DNA of 64,000 nucleotides from IMG/VR virus record IMGVR_UViG_2866048730_000001, positions 32,314 through 96,313 of that record. One strand, written 5' to 3'. The position numbers and the translations under genes were made by a program. The DNA is from a virus (taxonomy: Duplodnaviria; Caudoviricetes). Under the pieces are notes generated by a model. The model was not told the origin of the DNA. It worked only from the letters and a program-made list of their open reading frames with translations, and did no database searches. This document shows positions 45,366 to 55,654 of this stretch, one piece after another (position 1 is the stretch's first letter; each line of letters starts with the position of its first letter).

Positions 45366-46789
45366 GCCGCAGCCTTCTCGATGGGCGCCGCGTCCTCGGG
45401 GGTGGCACGGTTGAGGGCACCCGCGAGCTGCCCCACCGAGTCGTCGTCCTCGCGCATCTGCTCCCAGTCCTCCAGCTCGGTTTGCGTGACGCCCGGGACG
45501 CGCCGCCACAGGCCGCGTTCGGGGATGCCGAGTTGAGTACGGAGCTTGCCGAGGGCGTCTGCGGACTGGGCGAGACTGCGCGACTCCATGTCGCGCCAGA
45601 CGACCTCGCCGCGGAAGTCCTCGGCGGAGGATGCGTTGCCGGCCAGTTCGCCCGCGAGTCTGAAGACCCTCTCCCAGGACTCTCCGAAGCCCGTGCGGAC
45701 CTCGGAGATCATCCGGCTGAGGGAGACTTCTGCGGCTTGAAGGGCCTCCGCTGACAGGTTGGCGATCTGTCCCAGGATCGTCTGCGGGGGCACCTGGGCA
45801 AGGGCGCTGAGGTGCCGGATGCTCATTTCGATGCTGTCGATGAAGCCCCCGAGCGGGGTTTCGTCAAGTGAGCCGAACTTGACGTCGGGGTCCTCGGCGA
45901 AGAGGAAGCGGCGGCTGTTGTGGTTGATCCTCACCGGGATCGGGTTGCCCTGGGCGTCGAGCACCGGCTCGCCCGTTTCCGGGTCGCGCTGGACCGGCGG
46001 GGCCATGCCCGTGACCGTCCGTACCTTCGTGCTGCCGTAGGACTGGGCGAGCAAGAGGTCGAACACCGTCTGGTTGATGCGGTCCTGGACACAGATCATC
46101 GGCTCGATGACGCCGAGGGTTCTTCCCTCCAGGTCGACCCAGGCGGCGAAGCGCGTGACCGGGCACTCCGAGGAACCGTGAAGAGTGCCGCCCTGGAGGC
46201 GCACCGACTTCTCATCGCTCAGCGACCGGAAGGTGACCACGTACTCCCGCTTGGCATCCCACAGCCGGGCGGTGCCCGGCTGGTCGCCCTGCGGCCACGT
46301 CGTCACGGTCAATGCCGCATGGGGTGTGTGGTCGTTCGCCGGGTCCTCATAGAGAGCGCTGGTCTTGAGGGCGGAAAGCCCCCTGGTGATTACGTCGCCG
46401 GAGCGGCCTCGCTCCGTCATGGTGAACGCGTGCCCGTACGTCAGCGCGCCCCGGTAGACGGCGGCCTGGCGGCCGTCGAGACGGGACCTCTGCCAGTGCT
46501 CCCACTCGGGAGTCTCTGAGTCAGGCTCGGACGTAGCGGAGGTTCCCGAACCTGGACGATAGCCGTCCACGTAGAGGGCCTGGGCCGGGGTCGAGACAAG
46601 CAGGGGCATCCAGTTCGACACCGCGCGCCGCGCCAGCAGCCTGTACTCGTCATCGGCCTGGGGCGGCATGTAGGGGTCCGAGTGCCGACCGTGAAGGTAG
46701 TCATCGATGCGACGCAGACGGTCGCCGTCTCGATGCAGGATGGCCAGGAGTTCTTGTGCGAGCGCGAGGGGCGAGGCAGCGAAGACCAC
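45362..46789 (-). CDS. Portal protein
   Basis: 475 aa after terminase; NLSAEAL, FGESWE. Confidence 0.9.
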   Translation of the reverse strand: MVFAASPLALAQELLAILHRDGDRLRRIDDYLHGRHSDPYMPPQADDEYRLLARRAVSNWMPLLVSTPAQALYVDGYRPGSGTSATSEPDSETPEWEHWQRSRLDGRQAAVYRGALTYGHAFTMTERGRSGDVITRGLSALKTSALYEDPANDHTPHAALTVTTWPQGDQPGTARLWDAKREYVVTFRSLSDEKSVRLQGGTLHGSSECPVTRFAAWVDLEGRTLGVIEPMICVQDRINQTVFDLLLAQSYGSTKVRTVTGMAPPVQRDPETGEPVLDAQGNPIPVRINHNSRRFLFAEDPDVKFGSLDETPLGGFIDSIEMSIRHLSALAQVPPQTILGQIANLSAEALQAAEVSLSRMISEVRTGFGESWERVFRLAGELAGNASSAEDFRGEVVWRDMESRSLAQSADALGKLRTQLGIPERGLWRRVPGVTQTELEDWEQMREDDDSVGQLAGALNRATPEDAAPIEKAAA

Positions 46790-46823
46790 AACATCACCGC
46801 CTCAGATAAACTATGTCAATCGA

Positions 46824-48474
46824 TCAAAGGAAATAGCCCCGCCCGGTACGCGTACGGGTCTTCCGGCCTCGGGCTCGGAGATCGAAAAGGGCTTCGTGGG
46901 CAAGCATCAAAGCCGCGTAGGCGTCGACCTTTCGCGGAGACTCGCGTGATTCCTTGCCAAAGCTCAGGCCGTAATTGTTGGTACGACGTCGCGCATTCAA
47001 AACATGGCGGCGCAACTTTCGGTCGCCGTCGTGGACGATTTTCCGGTCGAGGATTGAACGGAGTAGCCGCTCGTGCGCCATGGTCGACGCCTTCAGGCTG
47101 GTCCTCATGTCCCAGCCGATTGAGTCCTTTCCCGGAGCCTTGACGGCCAGACCCTCGCCGTACGTCGCGGACCACTCAGAGATGTACGACTCCCAGAGAG
47201 CCACGTCCGCGTAGAAGCCCTGCACGCTGAAGGTGGAGAACGCCTCGTGCACTGCGCTGTCCACCCGGTCACGCGGGACTTCCCACTCCTTGCTGGCCGG
47301 GCCGTCCGGCTTCTCCCAAAGGCCCAGCACGCAGGCGAATCCATCGCTGACGCGGAGTGCGCACAAAGCAGTCGAGTCATCGCGGAGGCCGCCGTCGAAG
47401 CCCAACACGATTTCGTCACCGGGCTGGAGGACCTTCGAGTCGTCACGCAGGACGTCCCAGTCGGCTGGGCTGTACACCGCATCTTCGGACGCCACGATCT
47501 GGTTCAGCCACATCCGGCGCGAGCGCGACGGCGCGATGGTCGTGTCCAGGATGGACTGGAGGATCGTCTCGACCCTCAGCCACACCGCGTCACCGCGAAT
47601 CCGCGGCAGGACGATCCGAACTGCCTCGGGAGTCAACGGTGTTGCCGGATGGGCCTCGATGCTGTCGTACATGAAGCCGACGTCCGCAGCGCGGCCTTCG
47701 AGGATCTTCTCGTATGCCTCGCGCATCTTCTCCGCGACGGAATCCTCGCCGGGGAGGTAGGCGTTTGTGATCGCCAGGTAGCGCGAGTCCTTCTTCGTCG
47801 CGTTGCCGTCGATCGTCTCGTACATGCGGTCGCCGTTGTTGCCGGTCACCCAGTGGTGCGTCTCGTTGAGCACCGTGAACGTGACTCGGCCACCCTCAAG
47901 CGCGCGGAACGACGATGTGACCGCTTCGAGCCTCTGCCGGCCACCATTCGCGCGGATCAACTCGGCCCCGGCCTTGATGCCGTACGTCTCGATGAGCTTG
48001 TCCGACATCAGCGACGGCATCAGTGTCATCGTGTTGCGCGTCTGGTCGCGACTGACGGCCGCGATCTGGACCCAAGCCTGGGGGTGCGGAACGCCGACCG
48101 GCTGACCGTCCTTACCCCAGTGCGAGAAGCGGGAGGGGCCGACGAACTCGACCAGGGAAATGACCGCGAGGAGCGGGTCCTTGCCCTAAGCCCCAGCCCT
48201 TCAGGCGTTGGAGGACTCCCTTGCGGTGGATGAAGCGGCCGTTCTCATCGACCGCGTACCACCACAGAACGAAGCGGAGCTGCTCGCGCGTGAAGCGCCA
48301 GGGACCACTGTCCTCGGCTCTGAGGAACTCGGCGCACCAACCGGCGATCTGCCAACCGAGCGTGCGCTCGGGGAGCTTCCAGGAGCCGTCCGGCTCCTTC
48401 GTCCATGTTGGGCCCAGGAACGACGGTTCAAGGGCCTCGATCTCTACTGCTGTGAGGGCTGGAATGGGACTCAC
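46824..48474 (-). CDS. terL: Terminase large subunit, two frames joined by a predicted 7-nt translational bypass
   Basis: Removing 48183-48189 restores QRLKGWGKDP and one continuous ORF with NETHHW and GFDGG..DDSTAL. Confidence 0.88.
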
Positions 48475-48513
48475 CTCCTCCCCGAAGTCGGGCCGCCGGG
48501 AGAGCGGCTCACC

Positions 48514-48942
48514 TCACTCGGCGAGCCCCAGTTCCTTCCGGTAGTCGGCGATGGCGAGCACAGCCGCGGACTGCTCCTCGGGCTCAGGCTCATGCAGCTC
48601 GATACGCACGCGGCGGCGGTCGCCCTCGGTGACGAGGAGGCGCTCGAAGGCGGAGTAGATCGTCTGAAGCATCTGGCCGCTTCGCTTGCCGGCCTTCTTG
48701 TAATACGACAGGTCTTCGCACAGTGAGTAGGCGAAGGCCCAGTCGCTGTTCTGGTAGAAGTCCGACTGGCCCGAGGACTTCAGGGCGTCCCAGAGGCGCT
48801 TGGCGATGGGGTGCCAGTTCCGGTCGGCATTCGGGACTTTCACGTCGCGCATGAGGCCCTTGGTCACGGCCTGGACGTCGGCTCCCTTTCGGGAGCGTGG
48901 GCGGGCGAGATCCGCCTCGCGGTTTGGTACGGGGCCCGGGAT
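48514..48942 (-). CDS. Terminase small subunit-like protein
   Basis: PGPVP...WHPIAKRLW...SDWA...TEGDRRR; first canonical start 48867, probable ATC start 48942. Confidence 0.7.
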   Translation of the reverse strand: MPGPVPNREADLARPRSRKGADVQAVTKGLMRDVKVPNADRNWHPIAKRLWDALKSSGQSDFYQNSDWAFAYSLCEDLSYYKKAGKRSGQMLQTIYSAFERLLVTEGDRRRVRIELHEPEPEEQSAAVLAIADYRKELGLAE

Positions 48943-49034
48943 CTCACACCTCCACAGTCAGAAGGCCCCCGAGGGAAGGGGGGTCCTCGGGGGCCGGCGC
49001 GGCTCAACAGGCATGGGCCTGGAGCTCTGCGCGG

Positions 49035-49346
49035 TCAAAGCAGGCCCGGGTGTCTTTCTGTCCGGCGGAACCTGCGTCTGGCATGTCGGCGCGCGGCAGC
49101 TTGAGCCGCAGCCCCTTCACGCGAGCTCTTGACCCGGTGATGCCACCCGCAAAGGGATGTCAGGTTGGCCTCTCGATGGTCGTCACCGGGTTGTATGTGG
49201 TCGACATCCGTTGCGAGCTCGGAACATCGCACGCCGTACTGATCTCTGGCTGTGCACCTATGTCCGTCGCGCCGGAGGATGCGAATCCTGATCTGGGGCC
49301 AATTCGCTGGAAGTCGGGCCCTTCGGTCTGAGGTAGACCAAGCCAT
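49035..49346 (-). CDS. HNH endonuclease
   Basis: RDGHRC, VDHI, NLTSLCGWHH..KS. Confidence 0.88.
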   Translation of the reverse strand: MAWSTSDRRARLPANWPQIRIRILRRDGHRCTARDQYGVRCSELATDVDHIQPGDDHREANLTSLCGWHHRVKSSREGAAAQAAARRHARRRFRRTERHPGLL

Positions 49347-49680
49347 AAGCCCTCCAATCGCTGACCAAAAAGCCGGTGGTTGCAGCGGCGGAAAGGGATT
49401 GGAGACTTCATTCTGTGGGCCCCGGAGGGGCCCAATTAAGAAAGCGGAAATCCTTAGCGGCAGCGCCTTCTACTTATATATACGGAGAAGGCGGAGCGAT
49501 CCGGAAAGACTCCTCGATGTGACGCCGGTCACGCAGGGGGCGTCTCCCGGGCCCTAGGTTCAAGTCTTGCAAACGAGTGACACTATGTCGTACGTTGCGC
49601 AGGACAGAACGTAAACGGCCCCGGGTCACAGGTGCGCGAACACCTACCCGGGGCCGTCCACCGAGAGGGGTTGGCTCTCG

Positions 49681-50625
49681 ATGCGAGTGCATCGTAACCG
49701 GCACGACCGCGCCTTCGTGGTCGTGCCCAACGCCGCAGCCAGACACGAGCGGTTGTCGCTCACCGCCGTGGGCCTTCTGGTCCGGCTGCTGTCCATGCCG
49801 GACGGCGCCAAGGCCACAATCGACACCGTCACGGAGCAGGTCTCCGAAGGTCGCCGAGCCGTGGCCAAGGCATTCAGCGCCCTGGAGGACGCGGGCTATC
49901 TGCGCCGGGAGCGCGGCCAGGACCCCGAGACGGGCCTGTGGGGCACGCAGACCCACGTCTCCGACCTGCCGATGAACCGCATTCCGACGGTCGGTGCACC
50001 GAGGCATCGGAACGTCGGCGATCTCCCCAAGGGGGATAAGAACCAGGAAAAGAACCTCCTCCCCGACCCCTCCACCGAGGCCCAGGCCGAGAAGGCTCCC
50101 AAGGCCGACGCGGAGGAGGATGAAGCCTCCGGCGAGAAGAACGCCCAGACCGCCCCGGCTGACGCCGAGACCGGCCGGGCAGCTACAACCCTCGCCCACC
50201 TCGGCGCCATCGACAGCCGCCTCAAGCTCAGCACGAACGAGGTACTCCGCCTCGCGCCCCTTGCCGCCGAGTGGCTCGCCGAGGGCCACAGCACCATGAA
50301 GATCACCGCCGTCCTCAGCGCGCGCCTCCCCGAACGAGTCGACTCCGCTGCGGCCCTGGTCGCCTACCGCCTGCGCAACCAGATGCCGGCCAAGCCCACG
50401 CCCAAGGCACCCCCGGCGCCGGACACACGCGACCGCTGCGACGTCTGCCGAGCCCCCTTCCCCCAGGGCCGCCAAGGCGACCTCTGCGGAGCCTGCCGAG
50501 AAGAACTCGACCGAGCCGCCGCCTTCCTCGCCGCCGACCCGGAGTTGCCAACCACCGAGCCCGCCCAGACGGACACCCCTGCCAGCCGAGGCCGTGCTCT
50601 GTGCCGCGCCGTCCTGGCTGCCTGA
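49681..50625 (+). CDS. Replication-initiator-like HTH protein
   Basis: FVVVPN...LSLTAVGLL...LEDAGYL; C-terminal CxxC pairs. Confidence 0.7.
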   Translation: MRVHRNRHDRAFVVVPNAAARHERLSLTAVGLLVRLLSMPDGAKATIDTVTEQVSEGRRAVAKAFSALEDAGYLRRERGQDPETGLWGTQTHVSDLPMNRIPTVGAPRHRNVGDLPKGDKNQEKNLLPDPSTEAQAEKAPKADAEEDEASGEKNAQTAPADAETGRAATTLAHLGAIDSRLKLSTNEVLRLAPLAAEWLAEGHSTMKITAVLSARLPERVDSAAALVAYRLRNQMPAKPTPKAPPAPDTRDRCDVCRAPFPQGRQGDLCGACREELDRAAAFLAADPELPTTEPAQTDTPASRGRALCRAVLAA

Positions 50626-50654
50626 CCGCCGCCGTGCTACCGAAGGGAACCCAC

Positions 50655-51470
50655 ATGCTCATGCCCTGGTACGCCCGCGTGGTCTTCACCGCTGGCCGCC
50701 CGTTCGTCCTCATCGCCGCCCTGGTCATGTCCGTGCCGGGCGAGGTCCGGATGGCAGAACTGGCAGGCTGGCACGGATGGTTCACCTGGCTCATGCCGGT
50801 GTGCGTCTCCGCCTACGCCGCCTGCGCTGCGGTCATTTCCGAGGTGCGCCGCCGTGCCGATTTGCCCGGCCGCGTCACTGCCACCATTGGCGCCGGCATG
50901 GCGCTCGGCCTGGCACTGGCAGCACAGGTTGTGGCACACCTGATCGACCGTGGATACATGGTGAGCTCTGCCGTGCTCGTTGCCGTCGTGTCAGCCGTGC
51001 CTCCGCTCGTCGTGGCGCACATGCTCCACATGGCAGCCACCCCGGGCGCCGAGATCACGGCCGCCCAGAAGATGCGTGATCTGGAAGCGACGGCCGAGTA
51101 CCTGGCCGGTGAACTGACAGACGCCCTCGACCTGGCAGGTCGCTGCCTCGTGTCCAAGAGTCACGGCATCGTGAACGAGTACGAGGAGCTGGCCGAGGCC
51201 GCCGGGGAGCTGGCAGACGGATGCGACGGGCTGACAGAAGAGATTGACGACGAGTTGGCGGAAGCCGAGCAGGCAGAAGGCAAGCCGCGCCTCGGCGGCG
51301 TTCGTCAGGGTGGTCGCGGCCGGAAGGCAGTGCCGCTGACTGTCGTGAAGGAAACCGTCGCGGCGATGAAGGCCGAGGGCGCCAAGGTGTCCGGGCCGAC
51401 GCTGGCAGAGCGTCTGGGCTGCTCGGTCCGGTCTGGGTATCGGTACCTCGGCGAAGTCCGGCCCGCGTAG
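50655..51470 (+). CDS. Four-TM membrane protein with C-terminal HTH (Spd/DUF2637-like)
   Basis: Four hydrophobic helices, coiled coil, LAERLGCS.RSGYRYL. Confidence 0.65.
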   Translation: MLMPWYARVVFTAGRPFVLIAALVMSVPGEVRMAELAGWHGWFTWLMPVCVSAYAACAAVISEVRRRADLPGRVTATIGAGMALGLALAAQVVAHLIDRGYMVSSAVLVAVVSAVPPLVVAHMLHMAATPGAEITAAQKMRDLEATAEYLAGELTDALDLAGRCLVSKSHGIVNEYEELAEAAGELADGCDGLTEEIDDELAEAEQAEGKPRLGGVRQGGRGRKAVPLTVVKETVAAMKAEGAKVSGPTLAERLGCSVRSGYRYLGEVRPA

Positions 51471-51603
51471 GCAGGACCCGACTCTCGCGCCGACTCTCTC
51501 TCTGGGCAGGGCGGCGCGAGAGTCCTCGTCGGCTAGCCGGATGGCGCTGAGCTATCGCCATCGCCGGAATGGATCATTCCGCATGCGTGGCAGAATCGCA
51601 GTC

Positions 51604-51984
51604 ATGAATGCGAACGACTGGAAGCTGAGTGTGACGGGGGACAACTGCCCGGAGTGGTGTTCCGCGGACCACGCCGATGAGGACCCGGAGCACGACTCGG
51701 TCTTCCACGAGTCTGCCCCTGTCGCCGTCGAGTTGCCCCCGCTGATCAACGGAGAACGCCTCCGCCTCGCGTTCGTCACCACCTCCAGCGAGGCATACCG
51801 GCTTCCGGGCGAAGGCCGCAGCCCCGCTCGGGTAGACCTCGGTACGGAGTCCGACCGGGAAGGCGCGGTACACGACTACGTCCCGGTCTCCTCCGCCGAG
51901 ACGCTCGACAAGCTGATCACTGACCTCCGGCACGCCGTCAGCACGCTGGAGCAATGGCGGGACCGCCTGCCCGCCGCCGCCTGA
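51604..51984 (+). CDS. DUF6907-like protein
   Basis: CPEWCSADH...FH motif. Confidence 0.6.
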   Translation: MNANDWKLSVTGDNCPEWCSADHADEDPEHDSVFHESAPVAVELPPLINGERLRLAFVTTSSEAYRLPGEGRSPARVDLGTESDREGAVHDYVPVSSAETLDKLITDLRHAVSTLEQWRDRLPAAA

Positions 51985-52311
51985 CGACGCATCGATTGCC
52001 GACTCGCGACGGCCCTCCTGGCGCGCATTCCTGTGCAGTTTCAGGGCCGCCGCGAACTGGCTCTTCGTGCCGTTGACCTGCGCTGACGCCAGGCGCGGTA
52101 GAGCGTGCGGGACCTTGGAACCGTGGCGCAATTCGAGCTGCTATGACAGGGCGGTCCGCGCGCGTGTGTACCGGGGGTCATCCCCCACCCCTGCGCCGGG
52201 GGGTCGCGCACGTACGCGTATGCCTGCACCACGCACACCCCCCGCACCCCCCAAGGCAGTACCCCAGAACGCCCACCAAACAGCCTCTGACCTGCGCTTT
52301 CGAGTCAGGGT

Positions 52312-52576
52312 TTGCAAGAGTTGAACCGGATGGGCTAGCTTTCTGCCTGTCGCCGCAACGGGACGCCAGCCGCAAGGCAGGCAGACCAGAGCGGGGGCGG
52401 TCGCTCGAAGCGATTGCAAGAGTTGAACCAACGGCTTGGACTCGCTAGAGTCGGAGCCAACGCCACACCAACCACTGAGAACGGGCCGCATGAGCGGCGC
52501 CGCCGGATGGCGGGGGAGGCGGAAGGTTCAGCCGCGATTGATAGAGTTGAACCGAACGGCGAAGATCCGCTAGGGT
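52312..52576 (+). promoter_or_regulatory. Three operator motifs and two tandem promoters of prophage B
   Basis: TTG(CA/AT)AGAGTTGAACC at 52312, 52414, 52538; TTGAAC-17nt-TAGAGT(52446) and TTGAAC-18nt-TAGGGT(52571). Confidence 0.65.
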
Positions 52577-52582
52577 CGGAGC

Positions 52583-53173
52583 CACAGCCGCCCGGTCCAC
52601 CGGGCAGGCACTCGAACTCCCTGCCTGTTGGCCTACATGCCGCAGCGCGGGCAGCACGACCGCCGTCCCGATACCGCCGTGAGGCAGGCGTCGGGGGTGA
52701 AGGAAGGGCGACCACGGCCCGAAAGAGAGCGCGAACGTAGGTAGGGCATCCTGCCGCTTGATGGGAGCGCGATCGGACGGCACCGAGAACCCCTTCGGGT
52801 ACAGCCACCCAGGTGTAAGGAACGCTGCCCGTACCGGTCTATCCAGCCGGTAGCAGTCGGGCGCCGCATTCAACTGGCTCAACTCGCTGTGCCGTCCCAT
52901 GGGATGCCCTGTGGTGCGGTGGACAGGAGGTCAGGTGGATCGGTCGGCAGGAATGTGACTGGCGTGTGTCAGGGCTCACCGTCCATCGGACGGCCGGAAA
53001 CGGATCGGGAACCTCGAAAACGAGGTGAACGGAACGCGGTACGGCGCGAGGGTGGACGGTGAGACGAGGTACGAGCGAGCCTCACCCATCAATCGCTCAC
53101 GTTGAACATTCGGCCCGCGAGGGCCGAGCCTCCCGGACGCCACAGGGCGTAGGTGCAAAGCCGCCGGGAGGCG
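52583..53173 (+). ncRNA. Candidate large structured RNA / leader, copy B
   Basis: Homologous helices to 186-785 with covariation; ends are estimates. Confidence 0.6.
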
Positions 53174-53292
53174 CCATGATCGCGAAGCGTATGTAATAGT
53201 TGAACTGCGCTCCTGGTCGTGTTCTACCGGCTCGCCATCTGGCGGGGCGGCCTGCAAGGCGGGCGGTGCCCGCCGCAACCCGAAGGAGAAAC

Positions 53293-53571
53293 ATGAACAT
53301 CGCTACGCAGGGTGTGTCCCTGGCGAAGGCGTCGGACCTGACGGCCGGCCTGTCCGTGGATGCCCAGCTCCAGAACCTCCAGGAGCGCGTCTGGATGCTG
53401 GCGCGAGAGCTCGACGCGGTGAACGCGGAGCTTGCTGTCCGTAGGGACATCGAATTGGAGCTGGTCCGCTTTTCGTTCGAAACGGCGGTCGAGAACGAGG
53501 TGTTGCGCGACACGGTGGAGGTGCTGTCGGTGAGCCTCGGCCTGGAGCTCGGGCTGACGCTGCACGCCTGA
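53293..53571 (+). CDS. Phage hypothetical protein
   Basis: Homolog of 892-1143. Confidence 0.8.
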   Translation: MNIATQGVSLAKASDLTAGLSVDAQLQNLQERVWMLARELDAVNAELAVRRDIELELVRFSFETAVENEVLRDTVEVLSVSLGLELGLTLHA

Positions 53572-53608
53572 CGTCCGTCCGTTTGTAATAGTGTATCTAG
53601 CCGTAAGG

Positions 53609-54421
53609 ATGCTCATGCAACACGGACTCGACGCACCATCCGACGAGACGCTGGCGACCTACGCCGCCCGGCTCGAAGACGACTGCTACGCCTGGCCCTC
53701 GTGGTACACCGGCCGGTTCTCCGTAGACGACCTGCCCACCCACGTGGAGATGTTCACGTGGAACGACGACAGAGCGGGCTGGATCGGGGACAAGAGCAAC
53801 TTCGAGGTTGCTCGTGACGCCATCCGCACCGCCGCCGACGAAGGCCGCGAAGACACGAGCGTTTCCGACGAGCACGTCTACGAGTGCGGGGGAGGGTCGA
53901 GCGCCTGGGACACGGCCCAGCTCTTCGTCCAGGTCTACGAGCAGATCTGTCCCCTCGACTGCCTCGGCACTCACACCGAGGACTGCAAGCCGGATTGCGA
54001 CCCGTACGAGGACGAGTGCTACGGCGCCGAGTGTGAAGGCGACTGCCACGGGCGCCGCACGTACACCGCAGCGTTCCATGAGGCCGTTGCCCTGGCGGAG
54101 TTCGTCAAGAACGATCACCCGTTCCTCGACGAGGACGACTACTACGACCAGCGTCGCGAGGTGTTCGAGAAGAACCTCGATGAGGCCCTCGAAGACGTCG
54201 CGCTGCACTACCCGTACGACACCGACGCCGACCACCAGAGCATCGTCGAGCACGCCTCCGAGCGGCTCTGGGACCTGTCCGACAACGAGCCGGACGGCTA
54301 CGCGGACTGGGACGACGTCCGCGACGCGTACGACTACGGCCGCGGTGAGCACTTCCTGAATCTCGGGCGCGAGTTCATGCGCAACGAGATTCCCGGTCAG
54401 CTCGCCCTCATGCCGGCCTGA
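53609..54421 (+). CDS. Acidic phage hypothetical protein with Cys-rich insert
   Basis: Homolog of 1227-2033. Confidence 0.85.
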   Translation: MLMQHGLDAPSDETLATYAARLEDDCYAWPSWYTGRFSVDDLPTHVEMFTWNDDRAGWIGDKSNFEVARDAIRTAADEGREDTSVSDEHVYECGGGSSAWDTAQLFVQVYEQICPLDCLGTHTEDCKPDCDPYEDECYGAECEGDCHGRRTYTAAFHEAVALAEFVKNDHPFLDEDDYYDQRREVFEKNLDEALEDVALHYPYDTDADHQSIVEHASERLWDLSDNEPDGYADWDDVRDAYDYGRGEHFLNLGREFMRNEIPGQLALMPA

Positions 54422-54482
54422 CCCTTCCCCCCTGAACCGCCACCCCTCCCTGCCTTCCCCTCTCGGGGAGGGGTGGCTCGTC

Positions 54483-54818
54483 ATGCGAATGCGAGGACAC
54501 ATGCGTACCGCCACCCGTCCCTACGAGGTGCGTGTCTGGAACGAGATCGCCGACTTGCTTGGCCTGTGGGAAGTCCAGCAGGACCAAGACGGCCAGTTCG
54601 TCGTCACCCACGACCACCGCGAGGAGACCCGCTTCGAGACCGAGGGCGACGCCTTGTCGTTCGCCCGGCTCGGCGCCGAGGCCCTCGTCGAAACTTCCCG
54701 CCGCGACTGCCCGTGCGAGGACGACCCCGAATGCGGCGTCTGGGAGCCCCACGGCATTTCGGCCCAAGAGGTCGAGGGAGAGCTCTCCCTGATCACCCCG
54801 CCCCTGCTCTGCCTGTAG
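54483..54818 (+). CDS. Phage hypothetical protein
   Basis: ORF in operon, absent from A; start may be 54501. Confidence 0.6.
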   Translation: MRMRGHMRTATRPYEVRVWNEIADLLGLWEVQQDQDGQFVVTHDHREETRFETEGDALSFARLGAEALVETSRRDCPCEDDPECGVWEPHGISAQEVEGELSLITPPLLCL

Positions 54819-54844
54819 ACACCCACCACCAGGAGCAACACATC

Positions 54845-55279
54845 ATGCGTGCCTTCAAGCGTCTCGACACGGTCTTCGCGACCACCAAGTCTCTGCTCAG
54901 CCACATGCCGGCCGTCTGGTCACGGCTGAGCTGCGCCCTGAATCCGTGGGGTGCCCTTCGGGCGGAGCGGGAGGCAACGGTTCTCTATCTGACGTATGCC
55001 GCCGACACGGTCGACATCATCGAGACGCGACTCGATCAGTACCGAGATGCGGCCTGCGAGTTCGCCTCCCTGTTCAACGACGGCATGTTGGCGAGTCATG
55101 TCGCGGAGCGCTTCACCTGCTCAGAGGCAGAGGGGATCGCCAAGTTCTTCCGCGCTGTAGAGCACCCCGACGTCGCCGATCTCTGGCTGGAGTGCCACGC
55201 CGAGGGCGACGACGACGAAGACGACCTGCACTACCAGGGTGAGCGGTCCGAGCCTGTCGAGCTCGTTCTCGCATCCTGA
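54845..55279 (+). CDS. Phage hypothetical protein
   Basis: Homolog of 2135-2524. Confidence 0.8.
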   Translation: MRAFKRLDTVFATTKSLLSHMPAVWSRLSCALNPWGALRAEREATVLYLTYAADTVDIIETRLDQYRDAACEFASLFNDGMLASHVAERFTCSEAEGIAKFFRAVEHPDVADLWLECHAEGDDDEDDLHYQGERSEPVELVLAS

Positions 55280-55297
55280 GCCGGAAGAGAGCCTCAC

Positions 55298-55618
55298 ATG
55301 TCCGAGTGTGACTTCTGCTGCCTGCCCGGCGCCCGCTGGCTGTACATCCCCCAGGACCGCGCCACCGTCGCCCTGATGTCCGACAACGGCGTGGTAACCC
55401 CGCTCCCGAACGACGGCCGATGGCGTGCGTGCGACCTGTGCTCCGACCTCGTCGACACCGACGACATGGAACGCCTGGTCTCCCGCTCCCTGATCACTCT
55501 GCGCATCCTCGGCGCACCCGTCCCAGATGGCGGCTTGGAGCTTGAGCACATGGCCATGGTCGTCATGGCCAACTTCGCCACCGTGCTCGCCGGTCGACCC
55601 ACCAAATCCCCTTTCTAA
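55298..55618 (+). CDS. Zinc-binding hypothetical protein
   Basis: CDFC...WRACDLC. Confidence 0.7.
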   Translation: MSECDFCCLPGARWLYIPQDRATVALMSDNGVVTPLPNDGRWRACDLCSDLVDTDDMERLVSRSLITLRILGAPVPDGGLELEHMAMVVMANFATVLAGRPTKSPF

Positions 55619-55654
55619 TCCGCGAGTTCACCCGCAACAACGTTGGAGCGTCAC

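Noticed and set aside
46824-48474. Terminase as a frameshifted pseudogene (defective prophage)
   Set aside because: The insert has matched GGC codons around an in-frame TTA and both halves look intact, which fits programmed bypassing better; not formally excluded
52110-52260. cos/packaging site
   Set aside because: Position and G/C runs are suggestive, but no overhang can be identified from sequence alone
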